From Enoplolaimus lenunculus (taxonomy: Eukaryota): a stretch of DNA of 64,000 nt. Under the pieces are notes generated by a model. It was given only the letters and a program-made list of their open reading frames with translations. It searched no databases and had not been told where the DNA came from. This document shows, piece by piece, positions 25,822 through 40,800 of this stretch. The stretch is taken from positions 62,001 through 126,000 of the forward strand of contig JASANG010000627.1 of assembly GCA_030248215.1 (NCBI GenBank), read 5' to 3'. The stretch's first letter is position 1, and each line of letters opens with the position of its first letter. A program made the position numbers and the translations under genes.

Positions 25822-28800
25822 CTAAACCTGATATCCGTTTGAATAATCATAGCTGACTCGCGGTATGCTCCATTGAGTAGACGATGAATGCTGCCGTGAC
25901 GACGAACCGCCACCGTACGAGGCGTATCCTGCAGCCGCTGACGTGCTACTAATCGCGTGGCCAGGTCCTGTCGGAGAGCCGGTTGCGTTTTTGGCTGAAC
26001 CAATTTGGCTTGGCGCCATGTAATAGCCCAAACCATATTTGGCACGTTGTCGTTGTTTGCTGAAAAAGTTTGAAAGCATGTCTTGAACGGTTTAATAAGC
26101 TACATGAATGTTGAACACAAAGGTGTAAGTGGGTAAAGATTTTTTCATTTGCGCTGCGCTTTACCCACGGAAATTTTATTATTTTACCATCGAGTATGCC
26201 CGCACAAAATTCCATTACACCCAACCCACCTTTACCAAAAAGTTATGCTTTGGTATATTCTTTGACGGAAACAGGGAGGAAATACAAGTCAAATATGAAC
26301 TAAACTACGTATACACTGTAGCGACCCGAATAACAGGGGGCTGATACTTATTTGCCCTGTTATTCGGTTACGAGTTATTTATTTTCAACCCGCCTTCGTT
26401 ACTGATATGTAAATCCGGTATTGTAACTATCCGTTGAATAAAATGTTTATTTGTCTTGTATCAAAAACTTGAGCGATGATGCAAACTTAGGAATGTACTT
26501 TCAAAACTTGAACACGCTTTATACATTCGAACTCAAGCTTGTTTGGTCCTGGAGTCATCTATACACTACAATTAGGAATAATTGACATTTATGGACTCTA
26601 ATTAGGGTTTAAGGACTCTATCCGCTTATGGACTCTTAATAGGAGTACGCCCTTCTATTGATTGGGACTCAAAATGTGGACCCCCTCTTATTACCCCCTC
26701 TTATTCGGGTCAGTACAGTACTAACCGTTTGCGTAAGCAAACAATAAGCAGAATGATAATGAGCAGAAGCCACACACCGCACAAAACTGCCGGAATGACG
26801 ATCACGAGCACTGAAACAGAAATTTTCTCAAATTTAACTCACAAATCCAAAAACCATCCGAGCCGGCGGGAATATAATAGAGTAAGCTTAAGCTTTAGAC
26901 TAATTTTTTACTTAGGGTTAGGCTTAGGTTTAGGTATAAGCTCATTCTTACGCTTACGCTTAGGCTTAAGCTTAGTCTTCGGAACATTCTTACACTGCTG
27001 TTCCGGCCCTGTTCTATACATTGGACAAGCCTGTTTGGTATTTCATCAAAATATTGCGGCGACGTTAACAAAGAAAATTTTGCTCACTTGAGGTTAACAA
27101 GAACATCATCTGAGGGCCAGAAACACAAATATTGTGACGTTACATTATGATATGTAACTTGGTATCTCAACGATTGGATATTTCACTTTTAATATCAACG
27201 AGATATGAAACAATCTGCATTTTTGATACTACTTAAATTAATTATTTCTAGTTTTTACGATAAAAATAATTTCCAAATGAAAATTCATTTACTTTCTGCA
27301 TCTGAAGATAAATTTAGTATAATAAAAAAGTACGTGAAATAGACACTAGCCATCTGTTGAGGTCGAAAAGTTTATAACATTAAATATTTTTGTTGAAAGC
27401 GGTTCTTTAGACTGCAATAATAATAGTTTCACTCTAATTTAACCATATGAAAGTAAACTTATTGCAATAAACACAGTGTTAATTTATTTTATTAATTCAA
27501 CAGCGAATGTGCAATTTTTTTCAAAATTGCATAATATTTAATATTTCAATTTTATTAGCACTTACGTGAAGACGAAGCTGCATATTTAGGCACCGTTGGA
27601 AATCCTGAAAAATGCAAAAAATATTTTTAAATTAAACCAAATATTTAAACTATTTTGTACAAAGTATAAACTGCCGAATTTAACAGTTGAACTGTATCAC
27701 TCCGCTTGGAAAAATTTAGCCCCCTCCCTTAGAAAATTTTCAGCTTTGCTTGTAAGTCAACGAAAACCCTTGTATGCCCCTCCTGAATACTTTTTAGCCT
27801 CCCAACATAGCAAGGTGAGCTGGCTACGGGCCTGCAACTGATTCGACCAATAGTCGAATTTGATATAACTTGTGTGTTGAAGTGGAGTACGATTGCAAGC
27901 GTTCCTGAGGTTTCTTAAGTTATTAATGACTGTCCTGTTAAATAATACTGGTCAAAAAAGTTTTCGCTCACAGATAAATTTTTGCATATATCCTACGCGA
28001 ACACCACAGAAAGTTAACAATTATTGTTAGCTGAATGAGCTGTTTGTTTGATGAATGAGAGTAAACCTATCACTCCGCAACAGTACATAACTGCGCGTTT
28101 ATACCAGTGTTTCACCGCAATTTTTTATTTTGTGCAATTTGCTGTACAATTTTGTATTTTGTGCAGTTTGCTAAGTAATTTTGCATTTCATGCAGTTTGC
28201 GCAAAAGTACGAAATCGCTAAGTTCAAATTTGTCCATTATACGCAGTACCACGGTTCAAAAGTTTTATTCATTTAAGTAAAATGGCACATCCCAAATTGC
28301 GCAAATTTCTAAAACTTGACAAAATAGTTGAAAAATAAGCTGTCCAATTTCAGCTTAAACACATACTTTTCGTTTAATGTCAAACTGTTCACAAAAATTT
28401 TCAAAGATATATTGCTTCTGACAGCTTTTGATATATGTTGTTGAAAATGTTTCCAAATATCAACAACCACTTGGCTTTGCAGCGCCAATTCAATTATACC
28501 AGCGACAGCCACGGTTAAACCAAACTTTATACTCGTCCAGCTGTTTGGCGTCAATGAAAACGCTTTTCTACTCACGGTTAAAGGGCGTAGCCAAAATACG
28601 GATTAGATATCAGTCCTCCTTTGCAATTTTATGCCTATTTTGATGTTAATAACCCATTACCTTTTTTATAAGTTTACAAGAATGTGGCCCATCCTTTCGG
28701 AAACTCAGGCTACGACCCTGCTCCCGTTTGCTGATGTCACTTTGACACGCCACCAGAAGCCACCACTTACACGAACGATTTATTAAATCGACCCGACGGT

Positions 28801-31800
28801 GAAACTAAATTTAGAATTCACATTTCAAATTCACGGAAAATAAGCTTCTAACACGCAATGTTCAAAACAACTGCCCGCCCTGTAGTTGCTAAACACAGTA
28901 GGGTCAAAAACTGGAATCTAAAACTTATACTGGCAAAGTTTGTCAACTGGGGCGTAGTCAAGATTTCATGTCAACAAAGCGCTATTTTATGAAGAAATTT
29001 TTTTATTCTCGGCGATCCAGAAGCAGAACATTCTATATATTCTACAGCATGTGAAGAATGTTTTTTGCTTTTCTCTCCAGAAATGCCATGATGGAGATAT
29101 AATTGTCTTTTCACTCCCTTATATACCCCTCTATTTGTTAGGGAAATCCAAAGTCAGCAGAGCAAACACTTTAGCTATGCCATTTTTGCAATGAAAATCT
29201 TTCGTTGATGTGTTGCTCCGGGTGTAATCTATGGGTCGCTTTGTCCCTGACTGGTTCCGCCTTTATCTGCACAGATTTCAAGCATAAAATCACGGTTTGT
29301 GGCAACGTCCACAGCTGGACAGGGCCAACTCAGAATCGTTGACTCAAACAGCATTTTAATTTGTGATTATTTTCAAATTTTATTAGTTATCTGATTAGTA
29401 GTCTTTTGTTAAACTCACTTCGAAATCTTATTGATCTATTAAAAACGAGTTTTCTGACTCTGTAAACTATTTTTAACTGCTTTTATTCGAAAACAGCCCA
29501 AAAATAGCGGTTCCAACTTTACTTTTTGCGTTGAAAAATTGCAACATATGGAAACATTTACGTAATTTAATTTAAATTTTGAACTTCAAACGTGATTCAG
29601 ATCGGAAAGTTAAAGATGTGTGCAATGTTCTGTACGTATCTGCGTTTAATAGGGGGTTGGTTATTTTTCGTAAATGCTTTAACACCAACTACCGCCCCAT
29701 GAGTAGAGTGTTCGTATAAATATAAACTTAGCAAATGTCGATAACGGTGAGGTTGAAAAGAATTCAAAACTTTTCTTGAGCCCTGAATCACCAGTGATTA
29801 TTCGGTGTTGCTTCAACTACCACTACAAACCTGATTTTCCAATTTCATATTGCAAAACACCAAAAAAATTCAAAATTTCTATTTTCGGTCACGACCAATA
29901 ATATCTCAATATACCTACATGAATAAGAAAAAAAAACTAGCGCTAGGCTCTGGCACATAAATGCATATCCAAGCCTGGTATGTAACCAAACAGCCAGTGT
30001 TAACCGTCTTCATAGGCGACTTTTGGCGCCCCGGAAAAGTTTTTACATCGCTCACAAGCCATTTAAAATCCTTGTGTGCCCCTCCTCAAACAAATTTTTT
30101 AGGTTCACCACCATGTGCTACCTGCTTCCCGAAGATAATCTCGTTCACGAAAATCAAATGTAGCAAATAGCGCATGTTTATGCCGTAAATGGTGTCCGGT
30201 TCTATCCTTGGGGGACGATTTCACCGATAAATGTGTCGAGAATAGGCAAATATTTTCAGTCTTTGACACTCACATGTTTCTTTTAAATGAATTGGTTTTA
30301 AACGTTTACGAAATATAGCATGTGCCCTTATGCCGGTAACACTTAAATGTGTGTAGCGTCCTTAGGCTTAGGCTTAGGCTTAGGCTTAGGCTTAGGCTTA
30401 GGCTTAGGCTTAGGCTTAGGCTTAGGCTTAGGCTTAGGCTTAGGCTTAGGCTTAGGCTTAGGCTTAGGCTTCGTCTATCACCAGTTGTTATTTTAAAGTT
30501 TAGCAGACTTTTTACTAGTTTCATCTGTGTGCTGATTGGTCGTATAAGTTTGAGATATACTGCTGCTTTAGGTTCCTCGTCTAATAGCGAACCAATTAAT
30601 GTTCCCCCTAGGACATCATTTAAAGTCACACGAGAGGGTATCGAAGGATTCAAATCAAGTTTGTCCTCCTTCAACTAAGGAAGGAACTTGACTTGATACC
30701 ATAAGAGGGGGACTTTACTTGATATTACTCAATTATATTTTGTCATATTTTAATAGAATTTTTCGTTTCTGCTTTGAAACAAATCGTTATGCCAACTGCA
30801 CATAATGTCATTTTATATTGCAAGCAACGACAAATTAACCATTAAGTGGCTGTAAACTAAAACCGAGGTCTCTAAAGTGTATTTATGTTATTAACGGACA
30901 CTTGAAACATTTTTGAGAACTGAGAAACTACTCCCTGACCTGACAATGTCTGCTGTAGATCCGACCTTCTTAAAAGCGATCATGCCAAAAACACTCGTTC
31001 AAATGATGTTCAGAGAACTTTCGTAACACTCTGCATATTCTTCCGGGGTATTTTCTGGCAGATCCCGTGTCCCTCTCATTGACACCATTTTAGCGGTCTA
31101 CAAAATCAAGGTGGTTATTAACTGAGGCGCGATCATACCCATTAGATTCCCGCAAAGAAATCACCAGGGGGGCTTAACTTGATGCCCTTCGGGGCAAAAT
31201 ACTTTACTTGATGTCTTAAGGGGCGAAAGCTTTGCGTGATCCAAATAAAAGTGTTCTAAACGATTTTAAGCGCTCAAGCGGTCAAAAAGAGCCATAGAGC
31301 TAGACTGAAATTTTATTATGGGGAAAGTAATTCGTATGAGCAACGCATCAGAGCGATCAGCCAAATGCTAAATTGACTTGGCATAGCCGCAAAATGGTGG
31401 TCAAATGTACCTCGAATCTCACTAGGACCGTCGTAAAAACGTTCCCAAGCACAAGTAATGCGATGAAGGATTTTTGCAAGAACGTTTGAACAAGTCTTGT
31501 TGGGATGATCGCATTTAAGAAGTCATTTTTGAGAACTGGTGTTCTGAGATCTATAAAAGTATCTCAGTTCACAGGACTCCATGAGTAAATCAGTTGCGTG
31601 ATTTCAAACGTCATTTCAAGGTATAAGTTCATCCCAACAGCCCCTTAACAGCAAATCAGAGTTGCGCTATGCTCGCCGCACACCGCCTGACGAAGCCACG
31701 CTCCGCTGCAGGCCGCCGGATGCCGGCGCGCGGCACAGTGAAAATTTTGCTTTTATGTGGCGGCGGTCTCCGACGATCGGCTCAGTAAAGTATCGCGCAA

Positions 31801-34800
31801 CGATTAATCTTTGAATCCCGAGCAAAAAATAGCTAACTACATTGTGCAGATTTTACACAACTTACTCTTTCATGAGCTGAAAACATAAATTTTAGAAAAA
31901 TATGACCACATTTTTGGAGTAATAGCAATTAAAGTTTTCCCCTCATGGTATGTATTATAATTAACGCTTTTTATAGTTGTACGGTTGAAAACATTAATTA
32001 ATCCTTATTTGCAGTAGGCGGTATACATAGTTGTGAATACGGCTGCTTATCGTACTTGTTGTTCTGTAGTCTCCACCCTGAGCTCTCGCAATCGAGTTTC
32101 GGTCAATAGCTGAGTCATCGCCTCCGCGTGGGTCTTGGTTTCGTATCCGGCCGGATCCGCCGTTATTGTAGCCATTGCCTCGACCAATTGAGTTCCGGTT
32201 ACTGTAGCTGTTGCCTAAGTTGCGATTGTTGCCAAAGAAATCTCCTCTGTTAACTTGATTGGTTGGCAGGTCTGGATACTTCCGTGGGTCGACAGGAGTA
32301 ACACGTGGCGGCGATGGAATGTGATGTTGCGGTGGTTCGTTTGAAGGTTGCCTTCGAACATGGTTGGGTGGTGGGTTTAATTTGAGGATAGGATCTGAAA
32401 CAAAACTGTGAATATGCGAAAAGCTTGTAAATTTGGAGGAAAAGTGAACCAGTGTATGTTCAAATGCATAAGAATTAATGGCTAATCATGACGATTTAGA
32501 GTTATGATGAGCAGCGCAACAGGTTCGCTGAATAGAAAACCTTCAGTGTGTTGTTTCTGAATCTTTTTGACGTCGGCGTATACACTCCCTGCTAAATCAT
32601 GCTTTCAATGCATTGGCTTTTAAAGTAAAAAAATTCACTATTCATTATTCAACCTCAAAGAAGTCACTTGGTGTACGCATGTTATTCTGGAAGTTGCATA
32701 ACTGAAAACGATTTCTAGCTAGATTACTTAGTGACAGTCAACTTTATAATGTTTCACGATTCAGATTAATGCTTAAATAAATATTCTCATTTGACTTCAA
32801 AACTGTAGAACCGAAATTCATTTTTAACCTTTTCAAAACTAGCAAATAATTTTAAACCAGTTCAATTGTATTCAATTTATAAAAAACTTACATTTAGGCT
32901 TCGCAGGTATGGGCTCTGGCTCAGCGATTGAATTATCGATTGGGTAATTATTGTTGCTAGACAGTACGTTTGGACCAACAGGGACACGGTCCCAATGCGG
33001 GTGTTCGGTAGTTGAATGCAACTGCGGTGATGGGATCTGAAACAAACTGTTCTATATTTGGAACCATAACTTGAACTCGGCTCATGATATTTTACCCGCC
33101 CCGTTCTTAAACCAGGGCCTATAATTTTTTAACCATTGGTGTATCAGCGCTGAAGCGCTCAACACGCCTTTAGTCGCATTTAACCTCTAAGATATTGAAT
33201 GTCTTGTTTTCGCTAGTGCGAACAGAGTTGACAATTCTGATCTGAGTTGAGCAATAATTGGAAAACACAAACACTAGCACTGATATTTTAAACCATTTAT
33301 GGAGCATGATAGCCTGCAGTTGAATTTTGGGAACAACCGAACCGCGTATTAATTTTTTTGTAAGTCTTAGATGAACAATTGAGATGAACCAGTTTTACAA
33401 TCAACCCCGGATCAGCGATTCGTTCAATATATACTTTTCTATAAAAATACCAAAGTTATGTGTAGGTATATTTGTAAATGACATGCATTAGCAACAGGAA
33501 GTAGCTTGTCGTTTAAGTCAAGCATACCAGTTTCAGGGATACACTGGCTATTTGGCTTACCGGTGTAGTGTTGTATTTTTACTCTCATAGAATTTTTGGT
33601 CCCTAGTCAAAGTAGTATATGCTAGTATTTACTTCCACAGTAAACCTAGTATATGGTATTTTGTACTCCACCGGTAAATCGGATAAAATATGGTTTCTTC
33701 TTACCTGCCCGAATAAATTTAAGGCATTTTTTCTGAAATTTACCTTTCAGCTCTGTAAATCGTACATTATACTAACTGGACATAATGTCATCACGAAACA
33801 ACGTTTAGTCTTCTTTATAGAGGGGACCTTATTTGATCCAGTATATGTTCAATTTGGTGTTTTTACACTCCTTATTGAATTTTTGCATTACACGACGTTT
33901 TCACAAACAGCTACTGACACCACTATTTATATTTGCTTGGGACGGCCAAAATGATCGTTATTTATAACTTCAGGAAAAACGGATGCATATATATACCTCC
34001 GTAAATTTTAGCTTTTTGTATTACTGTCAGCATCCAAACAAGGCCATACGCCGGATTTTTATAAACGCCAGACCTTCAGATGTATTTTAGAAAATTTTTG
34101 TTGATATGGGGGCATGGTTAGTGTGCCCTTGGGTCTACTAGCAGAAAAATGGTATACGAAGCGGGACCTCTCAGCATAAAACCATGCTAAAGGTTAATTT
34201 AACACAGTTTTGCTGGGAAGTGCGTTTTCTGGGGAGTAAAAACACCATACGACTCTGGGCAAATGCCCGGTGGGTCGGTTGCAAGTAGTGTCATTCAATA
34301 AAATGAAAAGTCTTGATCATGTCGTTATTTTTCTAGATAGTCCGAGATGATCTGGCCAATATCAAACTACCAGTACGCAGGTTTCAGTGTTAGTGCAGCT
34401 GTGGCTACTTCAGGTCAGTAGCCAGCTCACCTTGCTATGGGGCTAAAACTGTTTCAGCAGGGGCATGCTAGGGTTTTCAATGACTTACAATCAAGGTTGA
34501 AAATTTTTTAGGGGGGAAGGGCAAAATTTTTCCTTTCTCCTGGCCCCTTCTTGACTACGGATTGGGCTAGGTTTTAGACTCAAATTCATGCTGTAGGAAC
34601 ATTATTGACCGAAATCAAAAGGTACACATTGTATTTTTCTTACCTTTGGTATAACCGTTGCGCTTTTCGTTGATGATTCAACTCTACCAGATGGTTTCGT
34701 GTGTATAACAGACTGTCGAAGACCTTCTGGGGGACCTTGCTTTTTCTCCGGCAATCCTCTATCGTTTGAAATCGGCTGGGACCCTGGCCGACTTGTCTTG

Positions 34801-37800
34801 GGTGCAGTGGGAACGAACGAATGAGAATTTGCAGTTAATTGTTTTGTTGTTAATGGTGTTTTGGTTATCAGTTGAACTAAAAATAAAATGGAATCTCACA
34901 CGATATAAAAACTAACTTTTTGACATTAATATACTGCAAGTAACAAAAGAAATTATGCAACATATTTTATGCATTTTTTTCACGATTTGGTTCAAACTTG
35001 AAAAGCATAGAACACAAATTCTTGGAGCAGTTTTTTGCGATAACTGTTCGTGTAAAAGGATTAGAGACGAAACGTTTTTTTGCGGAACTGCAATACAGTA
35101 AGCTTACGCTTTAGACTAATTTTTGCGTAGGCTTACGCGCTTAGGTTTAAGTATAAGCCGTGACAAGCATGCAAAAATTGTGACACGGTGTGCGCAAGTT
35201 ATCGTGGTAACATGGATACTCCGAAAATATAGAATATTTCCGATCTTTCTGTTTTAAGCATTGCTTTATCAATAGAAATTGTCAAAAAATAGTGTATCGT
35301 ACAGTAAAGCTCAAAATCAACAATAAAGATTAGTTACCTTTGGTACAGTGAATGCCGTTGCCTTCATACCCTTCGACACATAGACATCCAGGACCTACCA
35401 CTGGCCGCATAAGGCACCGAGCCATTTGATGACAAGGACTGCCGTTGTTTGCACATGGATCGATTTCTATAAACATAATAATGGCATGTACTGATGGTTA
35501 ACTTACGGTTATATGGGCATGAAAGATGTATAAATATAATTGCATCACCTACTGGTTTTCTATTATGATCAAGTGTATATTACACAGAGGTAGTTGTATT
35601 TCTAAGGGCAGTTTCAATAAAATACCCGTTCCAAGCTATGGCTAAGGACCGTAATAATATAAGCATATTCCAAAGCCCAAGTCTAAGATTCTATAGTTTA
35701 AGTCTAAGCATCAAAGCCTCAGCGTAAAGATAAGCCTAGGTAGCCTGCACCTAAAGCCTAAGCAAAAATTGGTCTAAACGTTTAACTTAGCCTACAGCAG
35801 TCCTGAAGAAAAGCGGTCCAACTCATCAGCCATAGTTACATGGGCAAATATCCGAAACGAAAGCTGTTCGGGTTCTCGTGTGCAGCAAAACGGTACTTAC
35901 CTGTGCATCTAACTCCATCTCCAGAGAACCCTTCTTTGCATGTACATCCATAAGAACCGGCATAGTTGGTACACGTCGCATCCTTGTGGCATCGCGACAG
36001 TCCTGCGCTGCATTCATCGATATCTGAAATAAAAATGGTTCAGGTGCGTAGGTTGTATTTTCAACAAGAACGGCTCTAGGCAACCAAGAGTTATAACAAA
36101 GGTTATTGTTTGAATAATTCGCAAGCGAAGCAAGCCGAAAGCTTGACACAGTAGTAAAATTTATGTGTCGCTCTGAAAAACTTATAGTTTTGGTATGTTC
36201 GAAAAATTATAATCATTAATGATAACGAATTTTGAACGTGTTATATAAGCTTGTACCGTCCAACTCGACAACTCGGAAAAAGCAATTGGGTCAAAATATA
36301 TGTTTGTGCTTTATAAGCCTGGAATGTTTAGCCAGACTGTCAGTACAGTTATAAACTCAATTAGCGAGCGACCAACCAGAAACATTCGATGAACAATGCA
36401 AATTTGAGAAAATCAATCCGCCAAAAGAAATTTCAGCTTTACTTCTAAAGTAAAATTTTCAAAACTGAAAAAAAATTATCTTCCGATTTTTGCTCCATTT
36501 TAGAGCATATTTTTTGACCGCTTGTGCTATTGGGCGGCCAAACCCGCCACAACCCGTCAGTGGGGCTCCACGGGACCCTCGCTGTACTTCCATCGCTGTT
36601 GCCAAGTGCATAGCCAGTGGAGTTTCAGGAATCAAACCTCCGGTTTGGGATTTTTGCACAGGGGTTCTTGGATACCGTACGACTTTACAGCGCAAGACTC
36701 CCTCGCTTTGAAATTTTTATACAACGTAACCTTTCCCCTCCTATTCCAAATTCAGGGCTACGTCCAGGCACGGAGCAGCCATCCCCATACAACCCATTTG
36801 GAAGGCGCGATCACCCCTTTTGCGTGAAACTGTTTTTGGAAGTGTGTCCCCACAGGGATCAAACCCTAGCGTGAGCTCGGACAACTTCAGACCAAACATA
36901 GATAAATTCTGTATCCATATCTACGCTGGGGGTCTCAACTGTGAACACTATATACCTGTTAAACAGTACGGCGGTCCGGTATACCCAGCCGGGCACGAAA
37001 TGACTTGAGACAAATCGGTTCGAAATATCCATTTTCCTTGTAGGCCAACGTTGCTCGTTTCCGCCAACTGTTTAACGTTTTCACCGGATCCAGGCAGGTT
37101 AATTGTTACGTCGGACGTGGTCGAAAATATACCGGCCTAAAATATAATGAAAAACACATTAATAATAACAGATAGTTTGATGTGGAATTTGCAGGCAATC
37201 GAGTACAAGCTTGGGCAAACGTATAAACGACATTTGAACACATCCCTCCAACAAACTTAAGCCTTACCCTAAGTCTATACATACACTTAAGCCTACGCCT
37301 AAACCTAATCGAAAAGCCTACATCTAAGTTAGACCCAGAGTTGGAAATGGGTCGGTGATTCATGGTTCGCAGGTTAAAAATTAGTGAATTTTGATGGGTA
37401 CAACCGGTGCGAACCTTGGCACTTTACGTATGCGGCGTCCAACATGGTCTGGTTATAGTTTAGTTTAGGGGTCACGACGGGACATGGCTCATATGTTTTG
37501 ACCCATAATTTTTACCTTAATTTGTTGCTTCACGTTTTATTGCATAACGTAATACTGTTTACCGTATGATTCTGTCAGCGGCTTACTTTCTATCGGTAGC
37601 GGGCCTTATTCTTTACTAGTACTGGGTACTTTAGTTTGAGTTAAGACCACGAGCGGAACCGGAGAAGGGTCGAGGGAGGTTTCTCGTTTTGAGAAAATGT
37701 TTCATGTAAAATTGATCAGGTCTCTAAAAATACAAAATTCGATTTTTGTACCACGAAGATTACATTAGGGTTTTTGCTCGCTCCGCTCGAGTGGCTCTGA

Positions 37801-40800
37801 TATTCTTACGAAAACGGTAATATATGTTATAAATTTTTGTTTTTGTGACACGAACATAGCGTTAAGTTTTAAACGTGGTTTACATTAAATTATAGTTTAG
37901 TTTGCTGGGTGGATTTTAAGTTTCCGTTAGTACCTGGGCACATATTCTCGAATGCATATAGCACTTATCACAAATAAGCAGTAGGTTGTCAACCTGACGA
38001 ACCCCTGCAACTGCGGATTTCCAAATTCGTATAAAAGTAAAGCAAGATAAATTACAAAATTGTGCTGAATTTCGAACCTCATCATTCACACGTTCAAAAA
38101 GTATAAGATCTATGATTTTTGTGATGATAGATGCTAGTCACATTTGAAATTACGGGCCCTGAAGTTGTAAAATGTAATTGAGTTTAACTTATCGTTAAAT
38201 TGCCATGAGACTCTTTAGTCAAAAGTTAAGCTCTATTCACACGTGCAAGTTTTTGCTGCCAGAACTTTTGCCAACTGCAAATTTCACACTGAACTTGCAT
38301 TTTTTTATCGGCCAATGAGAAAGCGGCTGCAATAAACTCAGTGAACTTGCATCGTTATTCACACATGTGAACGAAATTCGTAGCTATGATTTTTACAGAA
38401 GTTTTTGAAGCTGCAAGCAAGTTTTTCGTACCGGATTTTGGACAAAACTGGCAAGTGCAAGTTGCAACTGCCAGTTCTCTCAGCAAAAACTTGCACGTGG
38501 GAATTGGGTTTTATAAAATCCAAACAACGAAACTATTTTAACTTTAGGCAATTTTTAATATGTCTTGGTTTAAAACATTTTTTGACGCAAACTTTTAGTT
38601 ATAATTAAGGATGATTTATATATATGTCCAGTTTGCATCTGCTCGTATAAAGTCATAACTCATATATGCCAAGTTATTTGCGAAGGTGGGCAGCAGGATA
38701 GCCGTGGTACTTCTAATAATTTTGTGTTAGTAGAAACACTGCCTTATGGAATATTCGTTAAAATAATCTGCCAGTTCTATGTTACGAGCGAATAATTTAC
38801 TCGCTTTTTCACTGTCAGTTACCAGTTATCATTTTAAATTAAATTGTCGTGTTCGCCGCTGTATATATATGAAATGCACATGCAATAATTGCAGTTGCAA
38901 AAATACTGCACAACATGTGATTTTTTTCGCACATTGCGTTAATAAACATTTATAGTCAGTTCGTACAAAAAGTTTGTGTTTGACAAAGTTTTCTCGAAAA
39001 TAAATTAATTTCATGGTCATAAAGATAAGAGCAGTAGAATTTTCACGAAAACGCCGTAGCTCACGGACGGATTTAAGAGACGCCACCTCGGCCTTGTCTT
39101 CCCCCACTCAACAGTGTTCAAAACCACGATTTGTATTAAGGTTTAACACTAAAATGGCGTTTGGCTTTTTGTTCGCTTCGCTCACGAATTTTTGTACGAT
39201 TATATCTCGCGCACATCCCCTTTAGAAATTTCTGCATCCGATATTGCGATGGTTGGCAGGCGTTGCATGCTTTAGGGTTCGGAGGCTTTAATTTAATAAT
39301 TTGATGTCGAGATATATCGCAGTCGAAGTACTAAGTTAAAACGGTACAAATTTTGGTGGTAAAATTTTTAAGCGAAAACTATGTGCAAGTTCCCCCCATT
39401 TTATGCTTAGGTTATAATATCAAGCTCAGGTTTAGGAAAAAAGCTTGCTGTACTGACCCGAATAAGAGGAGGGTAAAAAGAGGGGGTTCTCATTTTGAGT
39501 CACAATCAATAGGAACCTGTATCCCTCATAAGAGTCCGTAGGCGGATAGAGTCCTAACCATAACTAAAATCCATAAATTTCAATTATCCCTGATTGTAGT
39601 GCATAAATGACCCCAGGACCAAATAAAGTTGAGTACAAATCATTAAAGCATACTTAAGTTTTGAAAGTACATCCCTAAGTATAACCTTGCATTATCGCTC
39701 AAGCTTTTGATACAAGCCTATAAACGTTCAATTCAACGGATTGTTGTACTTGCAATACCGGAAATGTATCACTGACGAAGGGCGACGGATGGCTGGTGAA
39801 AAATAAATAACAGTCCGTAACCGAATAACAGGGGATACCCTCGGAAGAGGCAAAATAAATATCGGTACCCCGTCCCTCTTATTCGGGTCACTATAGTACA
39901 TATACCTAAACCTAGTCATTTACTTAAGCCTTGTAACCTTAAATGTCGAATAAGTGTACAAGAGCCGAAACCATGTTATATTTCACTTTTTATATTTTTA
40001 GTCTACTTTTCAGTAAGATCCTAGCCTTTGGCTCAACATGACACTCGTTTGATTTGAAATGCTTAAATTTCACAACCGACTGATTTGGGCGAGATGACGT
40101 TCTCTATATTCGTTCCATCTACTTTGTAGAATGTTCCAAATTTCGCATCTACTGTTACAGTTTGGTTTTGATGTGTGCAAGCAACTTTAAAACTATGTGG
40201 CGCCATTGGAACCATAGTGAGGAAAGGTTTACCACGTTCATTAGCATTTTGTAATAGTTTCAAAACAGAACATTTTGAATCCATTGGCTTGGTTTCTGAA
40301 ACCCTACATAAGTATACAACTAAGTACTTAAATACCTGCAAAGTAATTAATTACTTAACCATTTTGCCGTTTTCAAAAGCGTACTTAAAGTCAAGTAAAT
40401 ATTAAGTAAGATTTCAGAATCCCAGCCATTGTCTAACAAGCCCGAAATGAAAAATTTGTATTAAGATTTCATTCAAAATTTGTGTCTGGCTTCTAGCTCG
40501 CATACTTTTGCTCGACTGTTTTTGCTGTTTATATCGAACCACGCTTCCCCCGTTACAAATTTACGGATTCGTCAGTAAAGTTTACAATTTACGATAAAAT
40601 AACGCACTTAAATGTATGATAAAACGATACCGCAAAAAAATTTAAAAATTAAAAACTAAAATTACTATTTACTAGCATCAACAGCAATAAATTTTCAAGT
40701 TTTAATTTTCAAATTGCGGTTTATATATGAAAACTCTCAGAAAAATTTCCATCTTTTCGGCAATTTACAGATATATATTATATATATACATACATACATA

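Noticed and set aside
28309..28575. Hydrophobic ORF as the TM exon of the membrane gene
   Set aside because: No convincing splice sites. Exon 26726-26810 gives a far better TM and joins in phase to 32056.
30349..30678. Plus-strand LRLRLR ORF
   Set aside because: Translation product of the TTAGGC array.
30930..31097. Exon-like stretch after tttgtag on the minus strand
   Set aside because: The frame compatible with the upstream phase-1 exon hits TAA at once, and the phase-0 frame stops after ~32 codons.
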